From NCBI GenBank assembly GCA_038087875.1, contig CM075988.1, positions 16,680,001 to 16,744,000 of the forward strand: a DNA stretch of 64,000 bases, given 5' to 3'. The DNA comes from Malacoraja senta. Taxonomy: Eukaryota. The notes under the pieces were generated by a model. It saw only the letters and a list, made by a program, of their open reading frames with translations, was not told the origin of the DNA and made no database searches. Shown piece by piece: positions 1 through 13,689 of the stretch. Numbering within the stretch: the first letter of the stretch is position 1; every line of letters begins with the position of its first letter. A program made the position numbers and the translations under genes.

Positions 1-639
1 TCCAGCACAGACATGACTGCACAGCGTAGCACTGACAGGTTCTTTATTTTCCAAGTTCACAACAATATCAAACATTCACACCAGAAAATGTTAGGCTAAT
101 TAATTGTCTTCCCAGTTGCCTTCTGATAGTTGGAACATCTTTTGGCTTTGCTCTGTAGCTGAAAGAGGGTCGGCGATAACAAAATGTCAACACAAGACCA
201 GACCAAAGAGAAAAGCTTGGCAAAAGCTGACACTGCAAAACCTAAAATATGTTCTGGCCTAAGGTGGCCACTTCATAAGTGATAGGAGCAGAATTAGGCC
301 ATTTGGCCCATCAAGTCTACTCCACCATTCAATCAATGCTGATATATCTCTCCCTCCTAACCCCATTCCTCTGCCTTCTCCATATAACCCTGACTTCTAT
401 CATGCCAGGCATAGTGAATACGTTTGGAACACCCAAATGTGTTACATGTTTCACCCTGGAAGAGAAATCAAACACTGAAATAAAATGGCAGGGAACATAC
501 ACCAGGCCATTTGGCTCCTGGGGACAATGGTGGTGTGTGTACATTCCTAAGCCAACTCCAATCAATCCATCTTAAACATAAATGCAGTAACATTGATCTG
601 CCAAAGCCCTGTTCCAGGTTGTTTTCACTGCATACAGCT

Positions 640-840
640 ATCATAAGGTCATGTGATAGGAGTAGAATTAGGCCATTCGGCCCATCAAGTCTACATTCAA
701 TCATGGCTGATCTACCTCTCCCTCCTAACCCCATTCTCTTGCCTTCTCTCTATAACCCCTGACACCTGTACTAATCAAGAATCTGCCTATCTCTGCCTTA
801 AAAATATCCATTGACGGCCTCCACAGCCTTCTTTTGCCAA
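640..840 (-). mobile_element. CR1 LINE 3'-end fragment (related pieces at about 275-395 and 11965-12240 on -, and 41670-41905 on +)
   Basis: Repeated block gaattaggccattcggcccatcaagtctac...atcatggctgatcta...cctccacagccttc with a cataaggt-type tail. Confidence 0.75.
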
Positions 841-2194
841 GAGTAATAGGTGGTAGAAACCTCAGATCGTGCCGTCAATCTCAGGTAACTCCTGGACCCA
901 CAATGACATTAAATATCACCTTATACAAGTCTCAACAATAGTGGTCTCAAGATTGGTCTTTCAGCACAAGGTTTGGGCAGCTCGCATCTCATCTACAATG
1001 TTCAACCAAGAAAACACTTCACACCACATGAATGTCCAAACGAGCTTTGCAAATGCAAACAATATCAATCAATCCATGCTCTAAATGGTTGTCCAGAGGT
1101 GTGAGGTGGCCAACACCTAACCACCAATCACTTGGGGGTTGTGGGCGGGAAAGAGGAGTGGCTATTTCCCACTTCTGTTGTCCCGATTGCCCTTTGAACT
1201 GTATAGGAATGAACTGCAGATGCTGATTTAAACCGAAGATAGACACAAAGTGCTGGAGCAAATCAGCAGGACAGGCAGCATCTCTGGAGAGGAATAGGTG
1301 ACGTTTTGGGGCGAGACCCTTCCTTAGACCACCTGAGACCCGCTGAGTTACCGCTGAGTTACTCCAGAACTTTGTGTCTACTTGCCTTTTGAACTGAATG
1401 GCTTTCAAGGTTATTTCCAATCGCCAGCCACAATTTTATTAGATTTCTAACCCCTAAAGGACATAAAGTAAGCAGAAGTGTTTTAGGACAATCCATCGCT
1501 GCTACCAACTATTTCTAATTAATTCAACTCAACTTCCTAGTTGCTGAATGGGATTTGAGTCCACGTCTCTGGATCAGGAACAAGACCTCTCTAAAGCGGT
1601 GCATTAATTTAACCACTGGACACTGTACTCTATGATTCTCATCTTTAGTTTGCTGATCTGACAAAGGTAGTTCTGTTCCTAAGAAACTGGGTTATAGCAG
1701 GTTCAGGACCAGAGAATTTCAAACTCACAATAACAAAGTTATTTTCAACGCTGAATTTTCAGAAATGTCTTTTCATTAACAATAAATTCACTGTTGTTAC
1801 TGCATGGTGAAAATACTCAAGGCTGCATGTTACATTGTTTAATAGAGTATTATTGCACAAGTGATACAAGAAACAGTTGCTTATTAATTTCAATAGCCAC
1901 CTGTGGTTAAAGTAGTAGCTGTGTTCCTAAGGGATAATGGTGTCTGACTGCTGTATAGGAGTTACATAGAAACAGTTTTTATTTGTCTTCTATACTGTTT
2001 AAATCCAAGACAGATTTTTTTTTCTGTTTGTCGATTTCCAAAGTAGCTTTTAAATGGTTCTCTGGTTCCTGATCCCTGGTGTTATTTCTAACTTGCTGCC
2101 TTACAGCGCCAGAAACCCGGGTTTGATCTGCAGTCTATTAAAGATACTCTGCAACACAGCCGCAGTTTGTTAAAGGGATTCTGATCTCCAGAAA

Positions 2195-2497
2195 GGGGCA
2201 GCACAGTGGCATTGAGGTAGAGTTGCTGACTCACAGCGTCAGAGAGCCGGGTTTGATCCTGACTACGGTTGCTGTCTGTCTGGAGTTTGTACGTTCTCCC
2301 TGTGACCGTGTGGGTTTTTTCTGGGTGCTCTGATTTCCTCACACACTACAAAGACCTGCTGGATTGTCAATTAATTGGCTTCTGTAAATTGTAAATTCTC
2401 CCTAGTGTAGGATAGTGTACAGGGTTGCTGGTCGACCTGGATTCGGTGGGCTGAAGGGCCTCTTTCCATTCTGTTTCTCTAAATTGAACTAAACTAA
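2195..2497 (+). mobile_element. HE1-like tRNA-derived SINE
   Basis: Pol III A/B-box-like head, conserved body gtttgtacgttctccc, tail gggcctctttcc...ctaaactaaa. Confidence 0.8.
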
Positions 2498-2849
2498 ATG
2501 ATTCCGATGGTGCCAGTGTGTAACATCCACTCTCTCGGGCATCAGAAAGGCACCGTTGTGAGTTTTCCATTGTGAAAGGACCACATTCCAGTTCCATGGT
2601 GCATCACTGAGATCTGGAAGTATTGCCATGACAGCCCAGTCATGATACTCTCTGTTCCAAGTTGCTCACTGTGATGGCGGTGCCCTGCGCTGACACCGTA
2701 GCAGTAGAACGCCTTTGTGAACATGAAATATTAAGCATGATTTACTTAAACATGTATCTTATCCACATTGCATTGTATTCTGCTCCAGCCCATTCTCCTG
2801 TTGAACTGATAGAATAATGGTGGGAAGTTGCCATGCTTGCCTTCATCAG

Positions 2850-3470
2850 ATGGGACATTGAATACTAGGGCTGAGATGCCATGTTGCAAAACATTGATGA
2901 GACTGCACTTGGAATACTGTGTACACATCTCTTCATCAGACTACGGGAAGGATGGGATTAAGCTCAAGAGGGAGCAGAGAAGATTCTCAAGGATGCTACC
3001 AGGACTGGAAGATGAGGTGTAAGGAGAGACTGGATAAGTTAGGACTGTTTTCCCTAGAGCCCAGGGGATCATATAAAAGTTTATAAAAATAATGAAAGGC
3101 AGAGATATGAAAGATTGCAGAAACAAAGAACTGCAAAAAAAAAAGACACAGAATGCTGTAGTAACTCAGATGGATTGTAAGTGGTTCCGAGGGGAGTTTA
3201 AAATTGGAGAACATTTGCTGAAGGTGAAAGAGAAAATATCTAAAGGTTGGTGTGAGAGGCATGTTTCACATGCAGAGAGTGGTGGCTATATGGAACGAGC
3301 TGTCAGAGAATGTGGGAGAGATGGGTACAACTGCAACGTTTAAAAGACAGTTTCACAAGTACACGGAAAGAGAGGTTCAGAGGAATATGAGGCAAATGGG
3401 ACTAATTCAGGAAGACAACTTTGATGGCCAGTTGGGTCAAAGGGTCTGGTTCCATGCTCCATAGCACCAT
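2850..3470 (+). mobile_element. Old, degenerate CR1 LINE 3' region
   Basis: Remnant translation MRLHLEYCVH...KLKREQRRFSRMLPGLE and FHMQRVVAIWNEL, typical of the CR1 ORF2 C-terminus. Confidence 0.75.
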
Positions 3471-4238
3471 GAATCCAGCTATAACTCTTCCATCTCAGAT
3501 GTTAGTATTGCTCAACCATGTGAAAAATGATAATGAGATCCTACACTTGAGTTTGCCAGGTGCTCTTATTCGTGATATCGACCTCTCCCTCCCACTGCTA
3601 ATGCCCAAATCTCAGGAATAAAAGAGCACTTGTGATCTAACGCGGGACTTCCCAAATGAACTAACCCTTTCCCATTCACCACTCCCTACAGATGCTGACT
3701 CGATGCTCTTGGTCGCATCTTAACAAAGACTTGACTTGCACCAACCTCACTGCCATCAAAACAACAAAATAGATACTCGGGACAAAAACAGGTTTTAGAA
3801 ATATACAATACTGTGACAAAGAGAGGCAGAATTACAGAGAGTTGAGTGGTGACAGAGAAAGGATGACAGGTAGACATTTGGTGAAAAAAACAACATTGGA
3901 ATCAGGCCATCCAAATGTCTGCTTTTTTTAGTACGAAGCTCAGAGTGGAATTGCTTCAACCACCTCCGGCCAAGGGAAACACTCTTCAGATGGATTAATC
4001 CCTCCTTCCTTTCTTTGACTGTCTAACGTAATTGAAAGGGGAAGTACAAAAAACAGATGTTTCCAGGGCTGAGGGAAGAGTGCCTGCCAGTGTAGAAACA
4101 GATACTTTAAACAAACACTTGTTGGGTCCCTTAGACTAGAGTCATGCAAGTGTTAGATTCAAAGGCACTTCAGAAATAGGCCACAGGTTGTTGTTGGGGG
4201 GCATGTATGGTGATAAGCCCAATATCCAATAGAACATT

Positions 4239-4555
4239 GGGGTGGCACGGTGGCGCAATGGTAGAGTTGCTGCCTTAAAGCACCAGAGACCCGGGTTCGA
4301 TCCTGACTACTGGTACTTGTCAGTATGGAGTTTGTACGTTCTCCCCTTGACCTGCGTGGGTTTTCTCCGGTATCTCCAGTTTCCTCCTACACTTCAAAGA
4401 CACACAGGTTTGTAGGTTAATTGTCTTGGTATAATTGTAAACTGTCCCTAGTGTGTGTAGGATCGTGCTAGTGTGCGGGGATCGCTGGTCGGCGCGGACT
4501 CGACGGACCGAAGAGCCTGTTTCCGTGCTGTATCTCTAAACTAAACTAAACTAAA
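4239..4555 (+). mobile_element. Full-length HE1-like tRNA-derived SINE
   Basis: A box tggcgcaatgg, B box ggttcgatcc, conserved body, (ctaaa)n tail. Further copies at about 13270-13543(-), 20361-20660(+), 29040-29356(+), 33520-33800(+), 34018-34324(-), 35990-36430(-), 48620-48925(-), 49360-49680(+), 51470-51736(-) and 53780-54098(-). Confidence 0.85.
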
Positions 4556-6101
4556 TAGAGCAGAACGACACAGGAACAAGCCCTTCGGCCCACAATACCC
4601 CTGCCGAACATGATGTCATTAAACTAATCACCTCTGCCTGCACATGATCCATATCTCTCCATTCCCAATGTATTGTAGGTTTTCCTTTTGAAGCAAGCAG
4701 TGGTCAGCAAAATTCATCCAGTGCTTTTCTGCTCCGACCTGATCGAAGTATGGAAGATTATGGGAGACCTAGATATGGTAGACAGTCAGAACCTTTTTCC
4801 CAGGGTTGAAATGTCAGAGAAGATAGCATTGCTGTAAAGTGGGAGGGGCAAAGTTAATGGCGATTCACAGGGTAGGCGGAGTATGGTGGGTGCCTGGAAC
4901 GCACTGCCACAAGTGGTGGTGGTGGGGCCAGATACAATAGTGGTATCTCAGGTCTTTTGGATAGGCACAAGGATATGGAGGGAATGGAGTCGATATAGAA
5001 CACGTACAGGGATGGGAGATTAGTTTCACTTGGCATCATGTTCAGTATGGATATTGTGGGCAGAAGGGCCTGATCCTGTGCTCTCCTGTTCCATGTTCCA
5101 TGTACACTATCCTTGAAACATTTTATTGCCATTCAGAAATTTCTGGTTTGGAGCTCGTCTTGCAACTGTGAAGTCAACCCAGACAACTCTGACCAACTGT
5201 TCACTGTAGATCGATCTATGGTGATCCTCCACATACGCATGTGTCCTCATATCAGGCTCCTGTCCTGTCTTGTTGCGTTATCTTCAACACCAGCAAAACA
5301 ACAGCACCCCGACCCCACCATTTGCCATTGACTATTTTTTTCAGCTATTCTTTAATGATAACAATGGCCTCTGCTTCAGCAGCGCATACCCGAGTCACTG
5401 GGGAGATACTGTATGTGGCAAACGCACCATGCCCTTAAACATATGTTAACATTGCTGCAGGAATGTAAGGGTTTTCTTTCTTTAACCATATCTTTATGTT
5501 CCCATGTTCTGGCCCTTTCCATCGCAGGAAACACCTTTGTCTGTTTTATGGAGATAAGGGACTGTGGTTGTTGGAACCTTGAGCAAAACAAAAGTGCTGG
5601 AGTAACTCAATGGGCCAGGCAGCATTTTTGGAGGGAATGGATAGATGACGTTTTTGGGTAGGCTCTGAAGAAGGGTCCTGACCCGAAACGCCACCTATCC
5701 ATGTCCTCCAGCAATGCTGCCTGACCTGCTGAGTTACTCCAATACCTTGCGTTTTGTCCAATCCAAACTATCCTATCTCTGTTGTTCAGTCCATACTATC
5801 CTATCTCTTAATTTCATAAATACTCTTCACAAACTATTAAAAAAAACTATTTACCCCATACATATGGCCTTCAAATGCTCTTGTTTGTGAAAATATAACA
5901 GGATAGTTTGATAGATATATTTAACGTTTTACTGTTGACTGGAACACATTAAGACATATGTTAATGCATGCATTTACACATTGCACTTGCATCTAGGTAC
6001 ATATTATATTTGAGCTGGCACATACTCCATGAAAATGCATCACCCTGGTGGGTTTATTTGTGAGCTCACTGCATTTCAATGGAAACCCAGAATGCTCTTA
6101 C

Positions 6102-6380
6102 CTATTACATTAATGATTCCATTAACCTCCGCTGAGCCAAATGTGTTGGTCACCTCACAGATGTAGTTCCCACTGTCCTCCACGCGCAAGTTGTTGATCG
6201 TCAAGCCTGTAACGCGTTTGGTCCATCTGCCGTCTACTGGCAAAGGCCTGTTATCTTTCACCCAGCGGATCATTGGGTTTGGGTAACCTGAAGCAATGCA
6301 AGGAAGCTCCAAAGTTTGCCTGGTTTTAACTTCTCTGGACTGAAAACTGTCCAAGACTGTAGGCGCTGATTCCATAGGAT
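6102..6380 (-). CDS. DSCAML1: DSCAM-like 1 internal coding exon (Ig domain; equivalent to exon 5), 279 bp, phase 1-1
   Basis: Translates (D)PMESAPTVLDSFQSREVKTRQTLELPCIASGYPNPMIRWVKDNRPLPVDGRWTKRVTGLTINNLRVEDSGNYICEVTNTFGSAEVNGIINVI, an I-set Ig domain (C...W...DSGxYxC) closely matching DSCAML1 as I recall it. Acceptor tttttcctccacAG|ATCCT at 6381/6380; donor ATAG|GTaagag at 6102/6101. Confidence 0.93.
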
Positions 6381-9300
6381 CTGTGGAGGAAAAACATGTG
6401 GGATTTTGAGCCTTGATTCTGGTAAGGAGCCTCGTATGGCATCATTGACTTCTCCAATTTCAGGTAGTCCTTGCTTTCTCCTTCCTTCCCCTCCCCTTCC
6501 CAGCTCTCCCACAGCCCACTGTCTCCGCCTCTTCCTTTCTTCTCCCCCCCCCCCCCTATCCCCACATCAGTCTGAAGAAGGGTCTCGACCCGAAACGTCA
6601 CCTATTCCTTCGCTCCATAGATGCTGCCTCACCCGCTGAGTTTCTCCAGCATTTTTGTCCACCTTCGCATGGCATCAATGTCATTGACACTTGGCAACGA
6701 AGGAAAGAAAGATGATAGAAAAATAAGGAAGGAGAAAATGGAAGGAGGAATGGAAGGGAAATGGTGCAGGCAGTAAAAGGAAGAAAAATTAAGGGAAGAA
6801 AAGAAAATTATGGGAGAAAAGATAAGATTTAAAGGACACTACAAACAACAAAAGAAAGAATACGGCAAAAAAGTAAGGAAATTACAACAAGATTGACTAA
6901 TAAACTGATCATAAGAGGCACACTTGGATGAAATTTAGACATGGCATAGTCCAAAGGTTTGACTCAATCTGTCACATAAAAGATAGACACAAAGTGCTGG
7001 AGTAACTGAGTGGGTCAGGCAGCACCTCTGGAGAACTCTTCTTCAGACAAAACCCTTCTTCACATAAACCATAGGCGTTCTTTCTCATTCCCACTTTATT
7101 CAACCTACTTCTTCTGCTGAAGGTTATTAATGTCAATTCTAACCCTTAATTTGTTTCCTTCCCGAAGTATTCCAGTGGGTGCCATTGTGCAACTAAATGA
7201 TGGCAGCGGTAGCAATCAGTGTTAAAGAACTATCAGAGAACATTAGCATTGTGTTGCATTTAACATTCCTTCTTTCCCGAAGTTAGAATATAGCTTCTCT
7301 TTCAGAGAGTCATAAATCTTTGGATTTCTCTTCAAAATGCGGTGGAAGGCGAGTGTTGGAATATGTGCAAATGGTGGGGTAAAAGGCTATCGTGGGTAGA
7401 TGGGCGTTTTGGAATTGAAGTTACCATCAGATCAGCCTTGTTCTTATTACATGGCAACAAAACCTTGAGGATCCAAAACATTGGTCGCTCCACACCTCCC
7501 CGATCTCTGCAACCTAAAACATGCTTTTATTTCCCTCGCTTTTAAGTTGAGATGAGAAGTCATTAACCTGAAACATTCAGGAAGTCATAGGGTCATACAG
7601 CATGTAAACAGGCCCTTTGGCCCAACGTGTCCATGCCAACCAAGCTGCCCCATCCAAGCCAGTCTCATTTGCCCACCCCTGGGCCACACTCCTCTAAACC
7701 TTTCCGATCCATGTACCTGCCCAAATGTCTTTTAAATGTTGTTATTGTGCATGCCTTAAATACTTCCTCTGGTAGCTCGTTCTATATACCCACCACCCTC
7801 TGCGTGAAAAAGATGCCCCCTAGGTTCCTATTATGTCTTTCTCCTCTCATCTTCAACCTATGTCCTCTGGTTCTTGATTTCCCCGACCCTGGGACATTAG
7901 TTCTGTTTTCCCTTTGCACAGACTTGCTGGTTATTTCTAGATTGTTCTTGTTTTTAGAACAGGTTGGAAAATTTTGCAAAATATTTAATTGCAACTGACA
8001 TAGAGAATCAAAACATCCCAGCAGAAAACATTCAGTACGGACCATATGTTTGGCTCTTTGAACAGGGTAGCATTGCGAACCAAAATAAACCTGCTTTATA
8101 TAAGTGTACTTTTTACTTCATCATTCACATGATGTTGTTGTCACTGGCAATAGCAGCATTGGTTGGCTAGGATTAACTTTCCCTGAACTGAATAACTTGT
8201 GGGGCCGTTTCAAAGGACAACTAAGAGGCAACTACATCAAGCATTCTTCGTGGGCTAGACTGGATAGGGATAGACTATTTCTTTCACTAAAGGACACTGG
8301 TAAGCAAACAGCATCTCACCATTGCCAATAATTACATTTCGCTCCTGAATTTATTTAGATTCACATAATTAAATTACTCAACCACAACGGTGGGATTTAA
8401 ATCCACATCTCAAATCAATCATTTCAGTCTCTGATCGCTGGCCTGGCAATTTAACCACAATGTTGCAGAGTAGAATTGAATTCATTGAAGGCACAAATTC
8501 AACTTGGAGAGAATAACATGGTGCCCGTTGCAGAGATGTTGATGTAAAATGGACCGGGCTGGGAATTAAACGAGTCGCACTCTAGATCAAGGATGAAATA
8601 ACATTGGCGATAAAAGATGTAATGAGAGGTAAACAGGCAGTACAGACTTCATGGCTTGAACTACCTGTAATTAACAACAGAGAATCTAAAACTGGTGCAG
8701 GTTGTGTATACATCTGATGGAAGACCCTGTGAAATGATAGACTAAGGTTGGACAAGCATTCATCTTCAAAAAGATGAAGACAATACAGACTGCAGGTGCT
8801 GGAAACACAGCGAACTGCAGATGCTGCAATCTTGAGTAATACATAAAGTACTGGAGTAACTCAGTGGTTTCAGCCAGAGACGCCTGTCCATTTCCTCCTA
8901 AGATGCTGTCTGATCCACTGTCACTCCAGCACTGTGTTTTACTGCAGGTGTTAGAATCTGGAACAAAAGGAGGTGCTGGAAGATTTCAGCAGGTCAAGCA
9001 GGCTCCTTGAGGGCACAAGGTTTATATTGATGTTCTGGGCCAAGACCTTCATCAGGTCTATATCCTCAGGAGGAGATTTTACTGCAAGACAAGCGTTGCT
9101 TAAGAGTAGTTTGGAACATCCTTCCACAAAGGACATTTCATTATTGGTCACGTTAATTTTATATCTGGAATTGTTAGATTTCTAGCAAGCCTAGGTATTA
9201 AGGAAAATGGGGGAAAAGATCACCTATAATTCCATTGAATGGCGGAACAGAGTAGAGATACTTAATAGTTGAATCACATTCAATGTTCTGTTTAATTCCA

Positions 9301-12300
9301 CTTTCCCAATTATTCCCACACCCTTGATGCCATTTGTCCATATGGGATGCACGATTCCATTTTGAACATTACGACTGAATCTGCTTCCGTCATCTTTTTC
9401 CGAGATGCATTCCAGATCTCAGTTCATGCTGCATGGAAATACTCACCCATTCAGTGTGGCCCCAGGAAGCGTAGACAGTGAACTCAAGTCTGTATCTTTC
9501 AGGTACCTACCATCTTGTCACACAATAGTGAAGGAGAGTAGAAATGTGACTGAGCATAAGTAAAAGGCACATTTTTAATTAAGGTTGTGCTTTGAATATT
9601 CATTTTGTGAGCTGGATTTTTATTACAGCAATAATCCTGGCAGCTTTATTTTATTTTACCAGAAGATTAGTGCTTATTTCACTGCTTGAACAGCAAACTC
9701 TAAATCTGCCCACCTAAGGAAGACCTTTAATTGTGTTTCTCGATCTGGGTAAATGATAGCATTTGACAGGACACGTACAAGAAAATCATTAGGTTACATC
9801 ACCAAAGAAGAACTCCTTTCTTTATCCATCCATTTCAATTATTGGACAGAAAAATGCCGGCTATGTTACTGGTGGGTTATTGTGTCAGGCAAACCAATGT
9901 CTAATAAGAAGAGAGTCAACAGCATTTGATTTCCTGGACATTAAGAGCTTTAACACACAAATATCTCAAAAGTTAAGTTTGAAATCAGAAACATATTATG
10001 AAATTGGTAACATCCAAACAGAGTCCTCGTGTTGCATGAGTATGTTTAAGACTTAGGTTAGACATAGTTCTAACCAGCTGCATCCCCTTGTGTAGGCAGA
10101 GAGGCACATGAAAAGTTGAAAAATATGATAGACTAGGAAACGGAAATTGTTAAGCATGGACATTATGGGCTGAAGGGCCTGTTCCTGTGCTATATTGTGC
10201 AGTGGCCATTTGGCTTGTTTTGTGTGACATTAATTATGGCAAATTTTAGACTGCCCGTTATTGTGTGGTTGGGATCTATGACGTATTCTAGGGAGTGTTT
10301 GGAGCTATGTTTCTTGCGCAGAAGCTTCGTTTTTAGTTTAGTTTGGGACTTGCATGAGGAAGCCATACCCTTTGACCATGCGAAGTGGAACAGACATGAG
10401 GAGTTTTCTAACCTTTAAAGCGATATGCTGGAGTTTGACGAAGATTATAGTGTACGAGTCGGAAGAAGGTTGGATGTATACCTTGTGAAGAAGCTTGAAG
10501 GTCTCTGAGAGAGAGCTCACATGCGTATTACGACATTCTCCTTAATCATGTAGTCCACTTAGTGGCTAGAGGGAGTAATCTCTTGAACCATATATAAATC
10601 TGCCGCTACATATTGTTCTGTGTTTAATGAGACCATGTTAAGTGAGTAGCAAAAATAGATGAAGAGGGATTCTATGCTAAGGGCTAGAGGATTTCTAACT
10701 TTACTGGGACTGACAGGTATGGCCACCATTTGTTTTATTTTTAAGTCCTTATTAAACAGACCATATCTCATATCTATATACTCATCACATCAGTGATTTT
10801 GGAAAAATATTGCCAAGACTCCATCAATCAGGAGTAGGAAGAAAGGCTTGCCGACTATATCTATGTGGTGCATTCCATCAAATACAAGGCTGCCTGAATC
10901 GTTAATTATTAATGAATCAGTCCCTCTGCTAAACCTTCCCCCCACCATCCCTGCCTCCACCTCCATCTTTTACTGTATTGTTAGATAATGGCCCATGTGA
11001 AAAAAACAATAAGATCCTTCATCGCAGGAAGCCGTATTAAATCTCCCTTTTTAATCGCACAAACACCTGTGGAGAGTATACATCACTGCATTGGGTCCTA
11101 TCCAATTTAAAGACATTTTTTTTACCAGCCCTGAGTATAATTGGTATCATTTCTCACTACCCTTCCCCTGCCAATACTCGGCCATTAATATTAATCTTGA
11201 ATATGTCCAGCACAGAACAATATAATGCACCGACCCAAAAGAACTTACCACCACAGTAAGGGTTGGAAGCAAGGAGGCTAGAATACTTTGAGTGGATGTT
11301 GAATAAGCCCGTGATGGGAATCTGGTGAAATAAAGTGGAGTCTGAAGAAGGGTCGCGACCAGAAACGTCACCTGGCCTTTCCCACTACAGATGCTGCCTG
11401 AACTGCGGAGTTCCTTTAGCACCTTCTGTTTTGCTCACGATTTGAGCATCCTCAGTTCCTTGTGTCTCCGAAACCCAGGCCGGAGAATGGGATAGAGGTA
11501 ATGTTGAAGGTTTGTATAAAGAGGGGCGGGAGGCAGCTTATATGGAGTACGTATGAAACCAGCCTAGCCCATTTGCAACAAATTGCCTGCTTGCCTGCTG
11601 TAAATAACTCATAGCTATGTAAAACTTTCAGCGTGATGTTACAGAAAGATAAACCATTAATTTCACAACTCTGCCCATAATTCAGCATATTAATTCATTA
11701 TACATGTTCTGCCCTCTAGTCTTCATCGTTGCTCCAATCAATAAGTAATTATTTGAGTAGGAAGGAACTGCAGATGCTGGTTTACACCGAAGACAAGACA
11801 CAAACTGCTGGAGTAACTCAGCGGGACAGGCAACATCTCTGGAGAAAAAGAATAGGTGACGTTTTGGGTCAAGACCCTTCTTCAGACTATTATTTGAGTT
11901 GTTTGTGAGCTCCAGATTTGGACACGACTTGACTTTGTGACCCTTATTCAGAATCATCGAGCTAAGATCATAAGATCATACAGTCATAAGGAATTCCAAG
12001 AGTAGAATTAGGCCATTCGGCCCATCAAGTGTACTCCGCCATTCAATCATGGCTGATCTATCTCTCCCTCCTAACTCCATTCTCCTGCCTTCTCCCCATA
12101 ACCTCTGACACCCATACTAATCCAGAATCTATCTATCTCTGCCTTAAATATATCCACTGACGGCCTCCACAGCCTTCTGTGGCAAAGAGTTCCACCCTCT
12201 GACTAAAGAAATTTCTCCTCATCTCCTTCCTAAAAGAACATGATCACAGTCATCAATGTATCCAGAATATTTTAAGAGTGAGTTGCACTAGCTCTCTCAT

Positions 12301-12804
12301 AGTTCCTCTGTTATTGAAAGGACTTTCAAAATTGTGGCATATTCTCATATTTCCTTTTCACAGCAAAGGGTAAAGGATGATATGTGGCCCATTAATTATA
12401 AGCTGGCTCTCAGAGAACATTCACCCAATGATATCCCTGCCAACCATTGTCTCACAAGCAACTTCTAACCCCTGTTCATCTAAACATTCAACAGCCCCTG
12501 ATGCTCTGGCCACCCACCTGGACCAGAACCATTGCACAGTGGTCAATCAATCTGAGTCTTTGGGATTGGGAGGAAACTAAAGGACCAGAGGGTAAACTGG
12601 AGGAGATGCAAACTCCGCACAGACAGCAATCTCCATCGAGCTGAACTTGGGTTATATCGAGCTGTGGGGACAACATCACAGGCAAGGTAAAGGCATAAGG
12701 ATGGCAAAGCGAGGGAACTTAGAGTGACCAAAGAGGACAAAGAGTAAAAGAAAGAAAAGGAGCGGCAACTTTGGTGTGACAGTGGGTGGCGACACATCCC
12801 TTAC
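6381..12804 (-). other. DSCAML1: GT-AG intron (about 6.4 kb) between the two DSCAML1 exons
   Basis: Canonical donor and acceptor; reading frame preserved across the junction. Confidence 0.88.
6445..6664 (+). mobile_element. Penelope-like element 3' fragment with 13-bp TSD and a hammerhead-like motif
   Basis: TSD tcgtatggcatca (6432-6444) / tcgcatggcatca (6665-6677). Starts with ...IDFSNFR* (resembles a PLE ORF end). Contains ctgaagaagggtctcgacccgaaacgtc at 6572-6599. Confidence 0.7.
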
Positions 12805-12951
12805 CGGAAACAGAGAGGCGGGCTCCATTGCTCTGCCGCGTTTCTCCGCTGTATTTATGTCTGGTGATACACCTGTACGTGGACAGTGCGTCCTCCTTTT
12901 GTACATCAGATATGTACAAGGCTCCATACGTAGTGATGTGGAATCTACTCC
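12805..12951 (-). CDS. DSCAML1: DSCAM-like 1 internal coding exon (second half of Ig2; equivalent to exon 4), 147 bp, phase 1-1
   Basis: Translates [78 protein letters not shown] is DSCAML1-type. Acceptor ttttctttgtctctgcAG|GG at 12952/12951; donor TCCG|GTaagg at 12805/12804. Its terminal G plus the AT at the start of the next exon gives Asp, in frame. Confidence 0.93.
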
Positions 12952-13689
12952 CTGCAGAGACAAAGAAAAACAAACCATTCAGTTTCTTGTCGGCAAACAA
13001 CATCAACCAGCTGTGATGAAGCGTTCAAAAAGGGTCGGGACCCTTCAGATTGGAGAAGGGTATCAACCTGAAACAACACCTTCCATGTTTTCCAAAAATC
13101 CTACCTGACTGGAGTTTTTTTTAAAACTTTTCGCTCTGCCTCAGTACACGTGACACTAAACGAAACTGAACTGAAATAGCCATCCAGCAAAGGCTTTGTG
13201 ACAATGGACTGGGACATCATTTCATCAGCATCTGGAGTGCTTCTCTCTCTCTCTCTCTCTGATTTATACGGCATGGAAATAGGCCCTTCAGCCCACCGAG
13301 TCTGTGCCAACCTGCAATCACCCAGACACTAATTCTATCCCACGCACTGGGGACAATTTATAGAAACCAATTAACCTACAAACTTGCAAGTCTTTGGAAT
13401 GTGGGAGGAAACCAGAGCACCCGGAGAAAACCCACATGGTCACAGGGTGGACGTGCAAACTCCGTACAGACAGCACCCGTAGTCAGGATTGAACCTGGGT
13501 CTCTGGCGCTGTGGGGCAGCAACGCTGTGCCACTGTGCCACCTAATTGATTGTTATTGTATTAATTAGCCTTGCTCATCAAACGATGAGTCCAAGATTAA
13601 GTTGCTGTAAATTTGATTCCGTTGAATTAGGATCCTCTATCACGGCTTTCCTTACAGTAAAAAAAAAAAAGAAATTGCATTGCCATCAT

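Noticed and set aside
4239..4310. tRNA-like A and B boxes (also at 17076-17145 and in other SINE heads)
   Set aside because: These are heads of tRNA-derived SINEs continuing into SINE bodies; no convincing cloverleaf.
6102..12951. Assignment to DSCAM rather than DSCAML1
   Set aside because: Residues such as [31 protein letters not shown] and CEVTNTFGSAE fit DSCAML1 better as recalled; a phylogeny would confirm this.
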